This document shows positions 1 through 12,079 of a DNA stretch of 64,000 nt, piece after piece. The stretch is taken from positions 3,323,519 through 3,387,518 of the forward strand of contig NC_068994.1 in NCBI RefSeq assembly GCF_001194135.2, in the 5' to 3' direction. The notes under the pieces were generated by a model. It searched no databases. It had not been told where the DNA came from and saw only the letters and a program-made list of their open reading frames with translations. The DNA is from Octopus bimaculoides (lineage: Eukaryota). How positions within the stretch are numbered: the first letter of the stretch is position 1; each line of letters begins with the position of its first letter. Position numbers and translations under genes: made by a program.

Positions 1-625
1 TTTACAACTGTGTGCGTGAATGGGAATCACCTGAATTGATGATGTATTCTTGTCAACTGGTGCAAAGAGTGGCAGTTTCAGTAGAAAACTGCAACTTTGG
101 GAGTTCCATTGAGTTGTAGATGGAATCCCCTTTTTTTTAGTTGAGACAGCCAACAGTTTTGGCTCTAACAAAATTTGAGGTCATATTCTGCAGGGGATCC
201 CTTGTACAAAGAAATGCTTTGCTCCCGTTAAGATTTCCCATTTTCAATTTGGACTGAGGAAAAATCAGCAACTTTTAAAATTTCAAATTGTGTTTTGCTT
301 TTCTCAATTGGAATCAGCTTGGAAAACGAAATGATTGCAAGTTTTATCAACATTTATTAACAATATGTTATTCAATGTATTGTTGAACAAAGTTAGAATC
401 TGATGAGGGCAATTAATATTTTAGTGCAGAAAATTCCAGACATGTAAATTAAAGAGACTAACAAGCTAAAAGATAGCTGCCTTTACCAAGAAGCTGTAAA
501 GATATTTCTCATTTGTCCAAAAATGTACAATTTTTCTTTAGTGTTGTTGAAATAAAAATATATTTTTTCTTCACATTCTTTTCTTTTTTTTGCCAATTTG
601 TTTTCTTTTATTAATTAAATTAAGG

Positions 626-812
626 TTGGGAGCTAGTAGAATCGTTACTGTGCTGGACAAAATGCTTAACTGCATTTTTTCTAACTTCTTACATTCTGAG
701 GTCAAATTTGCTTTTCATCATTTTGGGGGTCAATGAAGCAAGTATCATTTGAGCATTGGGGGTGACATAATTCATTTCCCTCTATCCCCCAAATTGCTGG
801 CCTTGTGCCAAA
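626..812 (+). mobile_element. tRNA-like SINE copy (family S1), diverged
   Basis: GGGAGCTAGTAGAATCGTTAC...CTGAGGTCAAATTTGC head with A-box/B-box-like segments, then CTTTTCATCATTTTGGGGGTC; matches the better copies at 36586 and 54164. Confidence 0.6.
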
Positions 813-2273
813 TTAAAAGAAACGACTTAATTCAAGACGAACCAAATATGTCTCTACGTGGTTGGTTAAGTCTTTTATATTTGGATGAGAGAGAGAACAC
901 CAGTATCATGATAATGTAGCATTGTTGGTGGCACATAAAAAGCACCCACTACACTTTGGGAGTGTATTATATTACTTCAAAATACAATATGGAATGAAGA
1001 AATAACTGATTTTTATGTGATTCACACACCTAAAAAAGATTGAAAAATGTCCATCTGTCAGCCCTGCTGTACCCGTCTCTATACAATTCCCCACCCCACA
1101 TTTTAAGAAGCAATGCTTTACATTTTGTTCTTCACTCACTGTCCTCCTTCACACAGTCCAGGCATCTTTGATCTCTTTCTCTCCTCTAAACTCAACCATT
1201 ATCAAGTCATCACTGCCCCTCTACCTGTATAAGATTGTCCAACATCATCATCATCACTGTTTAATATCTGTTCTCCATGCTGTCATGGGCTGGATGGTGT
1301 GACAGGGCCCAACACGCCAGATGACTGCACCAAACTCCAATGTCTGTTGAAGCATGGTTTCTACAGCTGGATGCCCTTCCTAACACAAACCATTTCACAG
1401 AGTGTACTGGGTGCTTTTTATGTGGCACTCGTGGGGTCACCAAGTGACTAACAAGACAAGACACTTTGATCGAGGGAAGTGGCTTTATGCTAGGTGTTGA
1501 GAGGTATTTTGGAGTGACAAAGCCAAATAAATCATGGCTACCCGTCACAAGGAAGGTACATGGGCTAGTGGTTAATGTGTTTGGTTCATGACCATATGAA
1601 GTTGGGTTCAATTTCTGAACTGGGTTGTGAATTATATTCTTGAGAAAAGCAATTCGTTTCACATTACTCCACTCTGCTCAGCTGTAAATAACTACCAGCT
1701 GAGTGTAGGCTCAGCCATCTCTTCCCCCTGGCTGTTCCACTGTGTTAAGAGCAAGTGGACCATACACACAGCTATATGAGGCACCTAAAACATTGAAAGT
1801 GTGGTGTATGTTAAGAAGCCATGTTTGAGTGACCACCAGCTGTCGTACCCTCCCACCTCTTGTGCCTACAGTAGAAAAGAATCTGCACTAGTGAGGGCTT
1901 TCCTATCAATGAGATGGTCATCTAAAATATTTATATTCCCTAAGTGCTCTATCTCAGATGTGTCAGCAATATCTTAGAGGAACACACTTCCATGTGATTA
2001 TGTGTAAATTCAAAGACGAGTATTGTGCAGTTTTGGGTGACAGAAATGGCATCTGGTCAAGAAAATTCTTCCTCAGTGAAGTCACATCTGATCCATGAAA
2101 GCATGGAAAAGTAGCAGTGATGGGAATGGGGGACAGCATTCCCCTACTTTTCAGCTCACAGAGGGCAGGGGTGGTGGCTGCCTTCTGCAACTTACTCTAG
2201 CTCATAAAACCCATTTCTATCCCTGAAAAGCAGACATTCAAATGATAAGGAGCTGTCTGTTATAAATTGACAA

Positions 2274-3042
2274 TTACTTTATTCCCCAGAACGTAAAAAG
2301 TCATAATTAAATACTGGAAGACATTTTGTCCCATTGTCCAAAGATTCAACAAATCCGCTGTTTTTCCCATCATCGAGTATTATTTTCGATACAGTCATCA
2401 GTTACTTCGCTTTGTGCTTTCCGTAGTCTAACACATATTTCATCACTTAGCATCTTCCATATCTTTCATTTACGCGCTTCTAAGTTCACTTGTTCATCCG
2501 TCTATTTCTCCAAACCTTCATTAATTCAGTCTTTAAGTTGCTTTGTTTTAAATGGAAGGTAATATTATCCTTTATTAAGTACATTATATACAGTTGTTTA
2601 CGATATTTATACACGTTTGTGTTTGATTTCCAAGTTTTCTGATTCTCTGTTTATTTCATCCCATTTAGTCAAATCCAGTCTTATTGCCGTCCGGCTACAA
2701 TATATTTGGTTTGACAGTGTCCTCACTCTGTTTTAATTAAAAACTGTCTCTTCTAAATTTACTAAATTAATTAACAAGTGATCTAAATTCAACAATATTC
2801 AAGCATAGTTGTAGTTTAGCTGGTTAAATTCATAGAGAATCGACGAGGGTCTTCCTGGTCGCCCAATCTACTCAAAATAGCAGCTAAATCCACTTCACAT
2901 CACAGCTTCACTCTCTTGGGAAGAGAAATACCACTTTAAAGATAATGTAGTCCTCGGCATACTTCTGAAATGACAGGGTGGTCAAGACTGGACTGCTTTT
3001 CATTGTATTTCTGCTCCATCATGACTCGCTTGGTTAAACAAC
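2274..3042 (+). repeat. Local duplication, copy 1 (partner 6354-7158)
   Basis: Collinear shared blocks: TTACTTTATTCCCCA, CAGTTACTTCGCTTTGTG, TATATTTGGTTTGACAGT, TTTAATTAAAAACTGTCTCTTCTAAATT, CACTTTAAAGATAATGTAGTCCTCGGCATACTTCTGAAATGACAGGGTGGTCAAGACTGG, GACTCGCTTGGTTAAACAAC. Confidence 0.9.
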
Positions 3043-3654
3043 AACAAACACACTATGTATAGAGACCATTCTTCACCTTTGTGCGTGTGTGTGTGTATAT
3101 ATATATATACTCTCTCTCTTACGGAAGAGCTAGAAAGTGTTAGGAAATGGGTGGGTTTCTTTTTTTAAATTCATTTTTTTTCTTTAATGTATTCCTCTGT
3201 TTCATTCAACGGGAATTATAATTCCAAAACGAGGGGCGCAGTTCCGGATTAGTTGGATTTTCTCCGTTTTTACCGGGAGTTTTTCACCATTACCTTTAAT
3301 GAGGGGAAACCTTTTATGAAGAACTTCCCCCACATCCGAACCGATTTTGGCTAATTTGTTTAGTTTTCTACGCACTTAAAAAAAATCACAGCAGAAGCCT
3401 TTTCGGTTAAAAAAAATTTTTTTGAGAATATTTCGATCCATATAAAGTTCTAAGACCCGTTAACGAAAATATAAAAAAAGCCTGGCCTACTAGGTGTAAG
3501 GAAGTGTGTAGAAAACGAAATATGTAAAAAAAAAAAAATATTGCGCAAACGAACGTGGGGGGTGGGAGAGGACTTTCGGAAAATTCACAACGTCGGATTT
3601 TTCCCTCATAAGTTTTAGGAAAATAGATATATATTTAAAGTGAAAAAACAAAAC

Positions 3655-4810
3655 ATTGCATGCATTAATTTCAACACTTCTTATTAATAACTGCATTATT
3701 TCTTTCCAGGTAAAATGGACAAAATTTGGCATCGTGGTGTGATCAAGTACCTGCAGAAAAAGGGTTTAGCCCCCAAGGACATTCATGCTGACATGGTTGC
3801 TACATTAGGGGATGATGCTCCAGCTTTATCGACAGTGCAAAAGTGGGCAGCTGAATTTAGGAAGGGAAGGGAAAATCTCGAAGATGACCCAAGGTCTGGA
3901 CGTCCTGCAACTGCCACCACCGAGGAAAACATTGATCGTGTTCACCACATGGTGATGGATGACAGGCAGTTGACTATAAATCAAATAGCCAATACTATTA
4001 GCATATCCCGCGAGAGAGTTGAGAATATTCTGCATAAAGAACTTGGCATGTTGAAGGTTTCTGCTTTGTGGGTGCCACGTCTTCTGACATCTGATCAAAA
4101 AGACACCAGGTTAATCAGCTCACGGGAAAATCTGGCGTTGTTTGAGGCAGATCCAGCTGATTTCCTTGAACGTTTCCTAACCCAGGGTGAGTGCTGGGTT
4201 CATCATTTTGAACCTGAGACAAGGGAACTCACCTCCCCACCTGCACCAAAGAAGGCCAAGAATATTTCATCTGCAGCGAAGGTGATGGCCTCAGTTTTTT
4301 GGGATGCAAAAGGCATTGTGTTTATTGACTATCTTCAAAAGAGGCACGCCATCAATGGAGAGTACTATGCCAACTTGCTGAGGCAGTTAAAAACGGCTTT
4401 GAAGACCAAACGCCCAGGGAAACTGGCAAAAGGGATCTTGTTTCATCAGGACAATGCTCCAGCACACAAATCCTTGGTTTCAATGGCTGCTGTGCATGAT
4501 TGTGGCTTTGAACTGGTTGATCACCCTCCTTATTCTCCTGATTTGGCTCCATCTGACTATTATCTGTTCCCCAACATGAAAAAACACTTGGCTGGGAAGC
4601 AGCATCGCACTGATGATGACGTTATGTCTGCAGTTGATGACTTCTTTAACCAACGTGATGAAAGTTTCTTCACCAATGGGATCCAAGCACTTCAACACCG
4701 ATGGAAGAAGTGTGTGGACCGTGAGGGGGACTATGTTGAAAAATAAACATCATTTGGTCACATTCCATGAGAGTGTCTTGCTCAGCCTGTGAACTTTGCA
4801 GCCAATCCTC
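3655..4810 (+). mobile_element. Tc1/mariner DNA transposon (DD34D), 5'-truncated
   Basis: Transposase ORF 3715-4746. TIR-like 3' end TCAGCCTGTGAACTTTGCAGCCAATCCTC at 4782-4810; no reverse-complement match found upstream by eye. Confidence 0.9.
3715..4746 (+). CDS. Mariner transposase, open 343-aa ORF, predicted catalytically dead
   Basis: WVPRLLT and YSPDLAPSDY motifs; HQDN...SD spacing is D34D. First catalytic Asp is replaced by Gly (TQGECW, GGT at 4186-4188), and the segment after EPET looks several residues short. Confidence 0.9.
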   Translation: MDKIWHRGVIKYLQKKGLAPKDIHADMVATLGDDAPALSTVQKWAAEFRKGRENLEDDPRSGRPATATTEENIDRVHHMVMDDRQLTINQIANTISISRERVENILHKELGMLKVSALWVPRLLTSDQKDTRLISSRENLALFEADPADFLERFLTQGECWVHHFEPETRELTSPPAPKKAKNISSAAKVMASVFWDAKGIVFIDYLQKRHAINGEYYANLLRQLKTALKTKRPGKLAKGILFHQDNAPAHKSLVSMAAVHDCGFELVDHPPYSPDLAPSDYYLFPNMKKHLAGKQHRTDDDVMSAVDDFFNQRDESFFTNGIQALQHRWKKCVDREGDYVEK

Positions 4811-5043
4811 AGAGACCATATTATTTTGTTATTGTAGCAGTGAATATACAAAAATTCATTTCATGTTTCCATCTTCGTTTTTAAATTTGTTTTCATAATT
4901 TACTCCTGAGTGAATTGTCCTTTGATGTCCAAGATTATGGCCAGCAATTTTAGTGAATTTTAATTTGGAAACCCTGCTGCTTCTAGTATGTTCAAATGAA
5001 AGGATTGTATGGTGGCATTGAATGCTCTTGATAATATAGCGAA

Positions 5044-5690
5044 ACAGAAAAGAATAACTTTAGCCGTGAAGTATGAAATCTTAAATGAACAGAAAGCCGG
5101 AGGAAGTGAGCCTTAAAATTTCTTTTAAGTCAGTCAACTGTGTTTATGATTTTAATGAATAAAGAAAAATATTTGAATGAAATTAGAAGGGCATATTCAT
5201 TACAATTGATGAGGGTGTGTAAGAAAGAGGTGGTCAGCCTCATAGGTCACATGGAAGAGCTTTTATCAGTTACAATTAAATATTCCTAGAACAGAGTCTG
5301 TTTTTAAGACACTTAAAGATATGAAAGGAGGTAACTGTAAAGAAACTTATTGTAAGCAATGGCTGGTTTTATTGAAAAAAAAACGACTGCAAAGCAAGGT
5401 TTTAAAATAGGTAATGACTGTTACTACTGCTTGGAGGTAAAAGCATTGCAAGGGCTCCATAAGGGCTACCCTTCTAGTCATTTAGAGAAGAAAATAAAGA
5501 TACTTGGATTACTTCACTGTTTGAAGACTGGTTTTCACATAATTTTGTATTGGAAGTTAAAATATTGTAAAGACAAAAATATTCTATTTCATGTATTTCT
5601 GGTTGTTGATAATGCTCTTTGTCATTCACAATTTCTGCAGTGTTACCATCCAAATATTAAATCTATTTTTATTTTGGAAACTTTTTTATT
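5044..5690 (+). pseudogene. Degenerate pogo/Tigger (CENP-B-like) transposase fossil
   Basis: Fragments translate to KQKRITLAVKYEIL, QSTVFMILMNKEKYLNEIRR...GHMEELLSV (HTH-like), AKQGFKIGND and FHVFLVVDNALCH...HPNIKSIF (Tigger DDE-like LDNAPGH...HPNI). Stops, frameshifts and deletions are present. Confidence 0.7.
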
Positions 5691-5799
5691 TCAATAAAGT
5701 GTATTTTACATATAATGGAATAAAAAGTACACATTAAGTACAGAGCTTATGTCTTCTTCATTCAGTGGTGTTTTGCGTATGGTTTTTTTATAATTAAAT

Positions 5800-6228
5800 G
5801 CCATGCGAAATTGTCATGGCACCTGTGCCCAGCATCGCCTTCCTGGCACGTGTAAAGACATTCGAGCGAGATCGTTGCCAGTGCCACCGAACTGACTCCT
5901 GTGCAGGTGGCACGTAAAATACACCATTTTGAGCGTGGCCGTTGCCAGTACGAGTGTAACAGTGAGTTGTCTCATCCATGTGGATCCCCCCCCCCAATCT
6001 TTTATGAACTCTAGTTGAGAACCATTGTTGTAGAAGAAAGAAACAGAAACCTATTTATGACAGAGTGATAGTTCACTTTGTAAGGAGGCTGGTGTTAATA
6101 AGGGCATCCAACTGTAAAAACTATGCCAAAATAAACAGTGGAGCAGTCCTCTGGTTTGCCAGCTCCTGTCAAACCACCCAACCCCTGCCAGCGTGGAAAA
6201 CGGACGTTAAACGACGATGATGATGATT
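5800..6228 (+). repeat. Interspersed-repeat fragments ending in the common RTE/SINE-type tail
   Basis: GC-rich GGCACGT-containing segment 5800-5960. Tail CAACCCCTGCCAGCGTGGAAAACGGACGTTAAACGACGATGATGATGA recurs at about 11625, 15775, 24890, 49305 and 61495 (+) and about 1244 and 51870 (-). Confidence 0.7.
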
Positions 6229-6353
6229 TATCAAGACACATGAGTGAAAGCAGACTTCCACACTCAATAAATTGTGTTATTTAATTATATTGGTTCTTAT
6301 TGTATTCTAAGAAGACATCTTCCTGTACGTCTGTCTCTTATATTTATATTGAC

Positions 6354-7158
6354 TTACTTTATTCCCCAAATCTTCGACGGAAACTCAGAACAATACTACA
6401 AAACATCTTGCCCATTCTCCAACGATTCAACAAATCATCCACTGCTTTTAATACCATCTAATATTTTGTTTGTTTATCAGTTACTTCGCTTTGTGTCTTC
6501 CGTAATCGAAATCGAAGGTACATTTAATCACTTAGCATCTTCCATATGTTTCATTTACGCGCCTCAAAACTGGGTTTTTTTCATTCGAACAAATATTTCG
6601 TCGATTCATCTTCCAACCGTTTGCTGTTCAGTTTTACATTTTTATTGTAAATTCAAAGCCATTGAATTGCATTACTTGTTTTTAATTGAAGGTAAGTTCA
6701 TCTTTTACTGGTTCATTATATACAGTTGTTTACGATATTCGTGTTCGTTAATTTCCAAGTTATTTTTGTTTATTTATTCCCATGTGTTTATCTCCAGTTT
6801 TATTGTCGTACAGCTACAGTATATTTGGTTTGACAGTATCCTCACTCTATTTTAATTAAAAACTGTCTCTTCTAAATTGGCTAAGTTGTTATCAAGTGAA
6901 ATGAATACGACAATATTCAGGCATAGTTGTAGTTTAGCTGGTTAAATTCTTACCCGACGAGGGTCTCTCCCTGGTCACCCAATCTATTCAAAATAGCAGC
7001 TAAATCCACTTCACATCACAGCTTCACTTTCTTGGGAAAAGAAATACCACTTTAAAGATAATGTAGTCCTCGGCATACTTCTGAAATGACAGGGTGGTCA
7101 AGACTGGTCTACTTTTGATTATAGATCTGCTCCATCAAGACTCGCTTGGTTAAACAAC
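6354..7158 (+). repeat. Local duplication, copy 2 (partner 2274-3042), ending about 1 kb upstream of ZNF-A
   Basis: Same collinear blocks as 2274-3042; the 3' third is more similar than the 5' part. Confidence 0.9.
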
Positions 7159-8164
7159 TAATATTTACAACACGTACTCCTTTACATTTATGGAAACAAT
7201 TATTTATCTTTGCGTGTGTGTATTACTTCCTAAAAAATTAAAATTGTTATATTTCTGTTCCCCGACTGCACTTCTGTATCTTTCCCCCATCTGCCTGAAC
7301 TAGTGTTTTCGATATCCTTAGCTAGTTTCATTGTGGGTAGTTTTAAATAATTTTAATTAGATCACCCAATCACATTTGTCAATTTCTGAATAGCCATCAC
7401 AGTGAAATGGTGTGCTCTGATCCCTGAAGGAATCTTAGCTTTGCTGTCGTAATATAGAGCTATTTCTTGAGTAATACTGAACATGGTGGTGCTCAACTCT
7501 TGAGTCGTAAAAACAACGCAAACCTATAATTCGTATTTCACTCCCTGATAAACTCATAAAGGGAAGCTCGTAAGTCGAAATTGGTAGACTTCTTTGATGT
7601 TATTTGTTCTTATTGCTATGTTTTAATTTATTGTTATGATAATATAGGTGTTTTTTATAGCTGTTTATTTAGTAAATTTGGGGACTGACTCTATATAATC
7701 AACTGTTTTCATTGGGATTGATGAAAATTTATAAAACGTGTCAACAAAAACGAAATGTATTAGAAATACAGAAGTTACGATCCGAGTTTTTAGAAGTTAC
7801 GTTCCAAGGTCACAAGTAAATGTTGCCGAAACGAAGTCATAGTGTTGTCGCAGTGAAACATTTAGATCTTTTGTGGGACAGTGGTTCCCATCTGGGACTT
7901 GAACTCTGATGGGTGAAGTGTTTATGTTTGATTTGAGACCTTGTAAAGTATAATTACGCACGAAGATGTGAACCATTATTCATTAAACGTCTTTAATCTG
8001 ATTGATACTAGTGTCCATAAACTGTTGATTGAAGGGTAGTTCGAAGCATTTCGTTTGGTATTCTGTAATTTCTGCCAGTTCACCCCCATTGCTGTTCTCT
8101 TGTTTAATTAAATATTTCCGTTGGCTTTCAGCTGCAACAGAAGAGAAATTGTTTTCAAATAGGG

Positions 8165-8776
8165 ATGGAGGCCTCCACAGCATCTGTAAATGAGGAACCA
8201 GTACAAGTTAAGAAGAAAATAATCGAAAATGGTTTTTATTGTGATGTGTGTGAGAAGGTGTTTTCATCTAGGGCCCATGCGAGGACCCATAAACCGGCGC
8301 ACATGTGCCTTCGAAAGTTGAAGTGTTCCAAATGTGAAAAACGTTTCTATAGACCGCATCATTTGAGAGCCCACGAAACAATCCATTCGTCAGCCCGTCC
8401 ATTTGCTTGTGATATTTGCAAGAAAACCTTCAAGTTGGAGATGACTCTGAAGCACCATCGGAACTCACATTCAGGAGAGAGACCCCACGAATGCCCTGAC
8501 TGTGCTTTCAGATTCCGTGAACCTAAAGCTTTGAAGCGTCATTACAGGAACATTCACCTGAACCAAAAGTTTTATGAATGTAATGTCTGTAAAACCAAGT
8601 TCAATCGGAGAGAATCACTTCGTAGCCATTTGAATAAACACAAGGAAGACTATCCGTTTGGTTGTAACTTGTGTGGAAAGTTGTTTGCTGATGCCAGTCA
8701 GTTGCAGAAACATAAGAAAGCATCTCATCTAGAAATCAGAACTTCAAAATCATCTCAGTCACAACAGAAAACCTAA
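8165..8776 (+). CDS. C2H2 zinc-finger protein ZNF-A, 203 aa, 6 fingers
   Basis: Six CxxC-x12-Hx3-4H units (CDVC, CSKC, CDIC, CPDC, CNVC, CNLC) with SARPF/SGERPH linkers. Splice-acceptor-like TTTCAG at 8126-8131; AATAAA at 8793-8798. Confidence 0.93.
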   Translation: MEASTASVNEEPVQVKKKIIENGFYCDVCEKVFSSRAHARTHKPAHMCLRKLKCSKCEKRFYRPHHLRAHETIHSSARPFACDICKKTFKLEMTLKHHRNSHSGERPHECPDCAFRFREPKALKRHYRNIHLNQKFYECNVCKTKFNRRESLRSHLNKHKEDYPFGCNLCGKLFADASQLQKHKKASHLEIRTSKSSQSQQKT

Positions 8777-9210
8777 AACGTTTATAAAGTAAAATAAATT
8801 GGTTTATTTTACAGAAATTTGTTCATTTTTATAAAGATTTGAAATCATAACAACATTCATTAGGCTCAGCTCTGGACTAAAACCACTTTCTGGTTGCCTT
8901 TCGCAAGAACATCCTGTTATGAAATCAATTTTACATGGAACAATTTCTGTGATATAGTTTTTATTTTTTAAAATTACAACAAAATCTGCGTAAGGCTGGA
9001 ATAATGTGAGGTGGTCTATTAACCCTTAAGGATCACAGGCTCCCACTTCCTGATGGATATAACAAGGCCAAAACAAACCATCATATTACTAAAGACCACA
9101 TCCATTCTATTTTTAATCTAAGCCTTATTAATTTAGATTCCCTGGTTGTGTCCCTTGCCTTTCTTCATCAGAATTAATTTATTTCTCTTCACTGCAAAAT
9201 GTTCATCCTC

Positions 9211-10135
9211 ACCACTCAACATGTTTTCCGTGGGTGGAATGATTTGACAGGAGCTGGCAAGCCAGAGAACTGCACCAGGTTCCAATGTCTTCTTTGGCAT
9301 GCTTTCCATGCTTGAATGCCCTGTTTAATGTTGGTCACTTTACAGAGTGTACTGGGTGCTTTTTTTTTATGTAGCACCAGCACCAACAGGGTCACCAAGT
9401 AACTTGCAAGACAAAGATTTCTTGATTAGGAGAGAGGCTGGTCTTGAGACAGCTTTCTGCTGGTTGAACGATTAGAATATAAAAGAGGTGTCTTGCCATA
9501 GAGGGGATACTTGGCTACCTTAGTAGGAAAGAGAGAGAAAAAGATGGTGGAAGAGATGTATTGGGACATACCTACAAAGTAGAGTGGGGGTGAATGTATG
9601 TGACTCAGAAGGAACACAGGAATATGTTCCATAAGAGTGTGAAGGGAGATAGGGAAGAGGTGACTAGGATGTGTTGATGAGAGAAATTGTAATGTGGGGG
9701 GGGTGACTATAGTAGATAATGCGAGGGCATTGAGAGTGTGCAAATAGGCACATGAGGGAGAGTTGAGGGACACAGCAAGTAGATGGGTTGGAGGGGATTT
9801 TTGACGGGGGACTGTGTGTGTGTGTCTGAAGGCTGGGATGGAGAATATAGCCTGTATGACCTCAATATTACTTAATTTGATGTGTCTTTTCAAGCACAGC
9901 AAATTAACAGTTGTCTTGGTTACTTGTCTCCTTTCTGAAGATCATTTCTCACCACTTCATCTATCTTCCTGGGGCTACCTCTTCCACAGTCTTCACATGT
10001 CCTCTGCAGCCACAGCCCAAGTTTCACTACCATGTAGTATAGCTGTTCACACACAAGCATCATACAATCTGCCTTTGAATCTGAGGGAGAGAGGACCTCT
10101 GTTACCATCAAAGGTAATAGCTTCCTGAACTTTGC
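9211..10135 (-). mobile_element. RTE-clade LINE 3' fragment (ORF end plus pyrimidine-rich 3' UTR), decayed
   Basis: Minus strand gives KGRLYDACV and GRGSPRKIDEVVRNDL, homologous to the plus-strand copy at 23625-24934. Confidence 0.8.
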
Positions 10136-10763
10136 CCAGCCTAGCAGCCACGCTTTCAGATCAACATCCTCTATTGCTAATTTGGTTGCCTAGATAACAG
10201 AAGCTATCTATTCTAAGGCTCTCCTTGGACATTTGAGGAAGTCTATTTCCTGTACGTTCTTAGTGTTTATTGTGTCTGCACATTTGCTTCACACAAAGAT
10301 TGCTTGCTCTGTTAATCTTCCTGTGGTTTCTATTGCACCATATATGTGTCCATAGCTTGCATCAGTGCTGGATTGACCATTAAGCAATATAAGCACGTGC
10401 TTAGGACATCACAGAAATGGTAAATAGTTTATGGCACAAAAGAAATCATTTTAAACTCATTAAAATAAATATTATTGTTAAGTGTGTCTTTCCAAATGTT
10501 GACATTGCTTTTCGTATATTTTGAACATTAATGGTCACAAGTTGTTCAGCTGAGCATTTATTTTCTCAGTTGAAGTATATTAAAAATCCCTGATGGGATC
10601 AACTACTCAACAAGGCAGGCTGGATGCCTTATCTCTACTAAGTACAGAACCAGATGTGATACACAAAATTAATTTTGAGGATCTGATCAAATAAATAAAG
10701 TAAAAGTTTACAAAAATCTACACTATTTTATGGTTTATTGTTGTTGATATTTTGAATTACATA

Positions 10764-11425
10764 CAGGGTGCGTAAGGTATTTGAGGACATACCTTTTTTC
10801 GTGTCATTGCTGCATTTTTTGCTAACTCTGTATAATCTTTATTTCAGAAAATAATAATGGCAGACCCTCAGCTTACTCAAGAAATGAAGAGGTATGCTGT
10901 TATTGTGGTTATAAAAGCTAAGCATAGCAATTTAGAAATATCTTGATTCTTAAAAGTTGCCAGATCTTTCGTCTACAAAATTTGTAAGGAGCTAGAGAGT
11001 AACGATGGAGATGTATCACCAGTATCAAAGCATAAAAAGCATTCTAAAAGCTATGAAATCATTAGAACACCTGAATTTATCCAGCAAATTCAACAGACCA
11101 TTGATTACAATCCCAGAAAGTCCATGTGTCAGAAGGAACAGCCAGAAATGTTGTCCACAAAGACATCAGATCTAAGTCTTATATGATGAGGAAAAGAAAA
11201 TCACTACATCAGATCTAGAAGGCTCTTAGATAAACTGAAAAATGCAGCAGAAGAAGATTTGATTTGGTTTTTCTCAAACGAGAAAAACTTCAACCAAGAT
11301 CAAAAAGAAATGGCAGATTGTTATATGCAGATACGTCTGAAGTCCCAAGTGGTTATGCATATAAAATTTCCTGCAACTGTAATGTGATGCCTCCTTCCTT
11401 TTTTCCACAAGGCCTTAGGGTTAAT
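10764..11425 (+). mobile_element. Degenerate maT/DD37D-like mariner fossil (5' part)
   Basis: TA|CAGGGTG terminus at 10762-10770; ATG at 10857. Fragments EISxFLKVARSFVYK, IRTPEFIQQIQQTID, WFFSNEKNFNQDQK and PPSFFPQGLRVNS; stops and frameshifts present. Confidence 0.8.
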
Positions 11426-12079
11426 TCTGCCATATTATTATCTTTCATTATACATTTGTTTTCTTATGAACATAAATCTGTCCTCAAATATCTTACCCAT
11501 CCTGTATATATGGGGGCATCTTTTAAGCACCTAGGACCTCTATGGGTCTTAATCTGGCCCTGGTTTGCACTGAATACACCATATAGAATTTCTACATGCC
11601 AAAGCCGACAAAAGAGTTTACCATCTATCAAACCATCCATCCCATGCCAGCATGGAAGACAACAGAGGATAAATGTTGCTGCTGCTGACAATTGATGATT
11701 GATAATAGATCTCTGGAGTTAAACAATATTGCCGGGATCACGATTTTAGCTGATGATAAAACATCCAAGGGAAGCAACTCCTACTCAAAGTAGCTTCCTT
11801 TTCCCAGTACGGTGTGTGATTACCTTTTCCTTGTGGCTGAATGTGCAGCGATATACAGCTACCTTGCATGTGTAGCATACAGCTGTATTTTTCATCAAAA
11901 TATTGGTCGCAGGCTGTGGCAATGGAGAGCTGAAAACACTTTGGAGGCTACGTTATCTGACTTTAGTGACTGATCAAAAGTGTAAGCTTAGAGACATGTT
12001 AGAAAAACAAAATTGGTCGCGACTGGAATGAATAGATTTACAAGTCTATTTGGTAGCTACCACCTCAGCAGGGGTAGCC

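Noticed and set aside
400-440. CTGATGA...GAAA hammerhead-like string
   Set aside because: No convincing stem II, no stem III or cleavage triplet, and no inverted partner seen.
6274-6855. 193-aa hydrophobic ORF
   Set aside because: TTG start, low-complexity F/I/L composition from T-rich DNA, and the frame is not preserved in the duplicate copy.
7541-7590. CTGATAA...GAAA-TTG-GTA motif
   Set aside because: Uncompensated G8A, 3-bp stem II and 1-bp stem I; at most a heavily decayed relic.
8857-8878. ~21-nt complementarity between ZNF-A 3' UTR and ZNF-D 3' UTR (about 60393-60414)
   Set aside because: Short, imperfect, single instance; cannot be distinguished from chance or a tiny repeat remnant.
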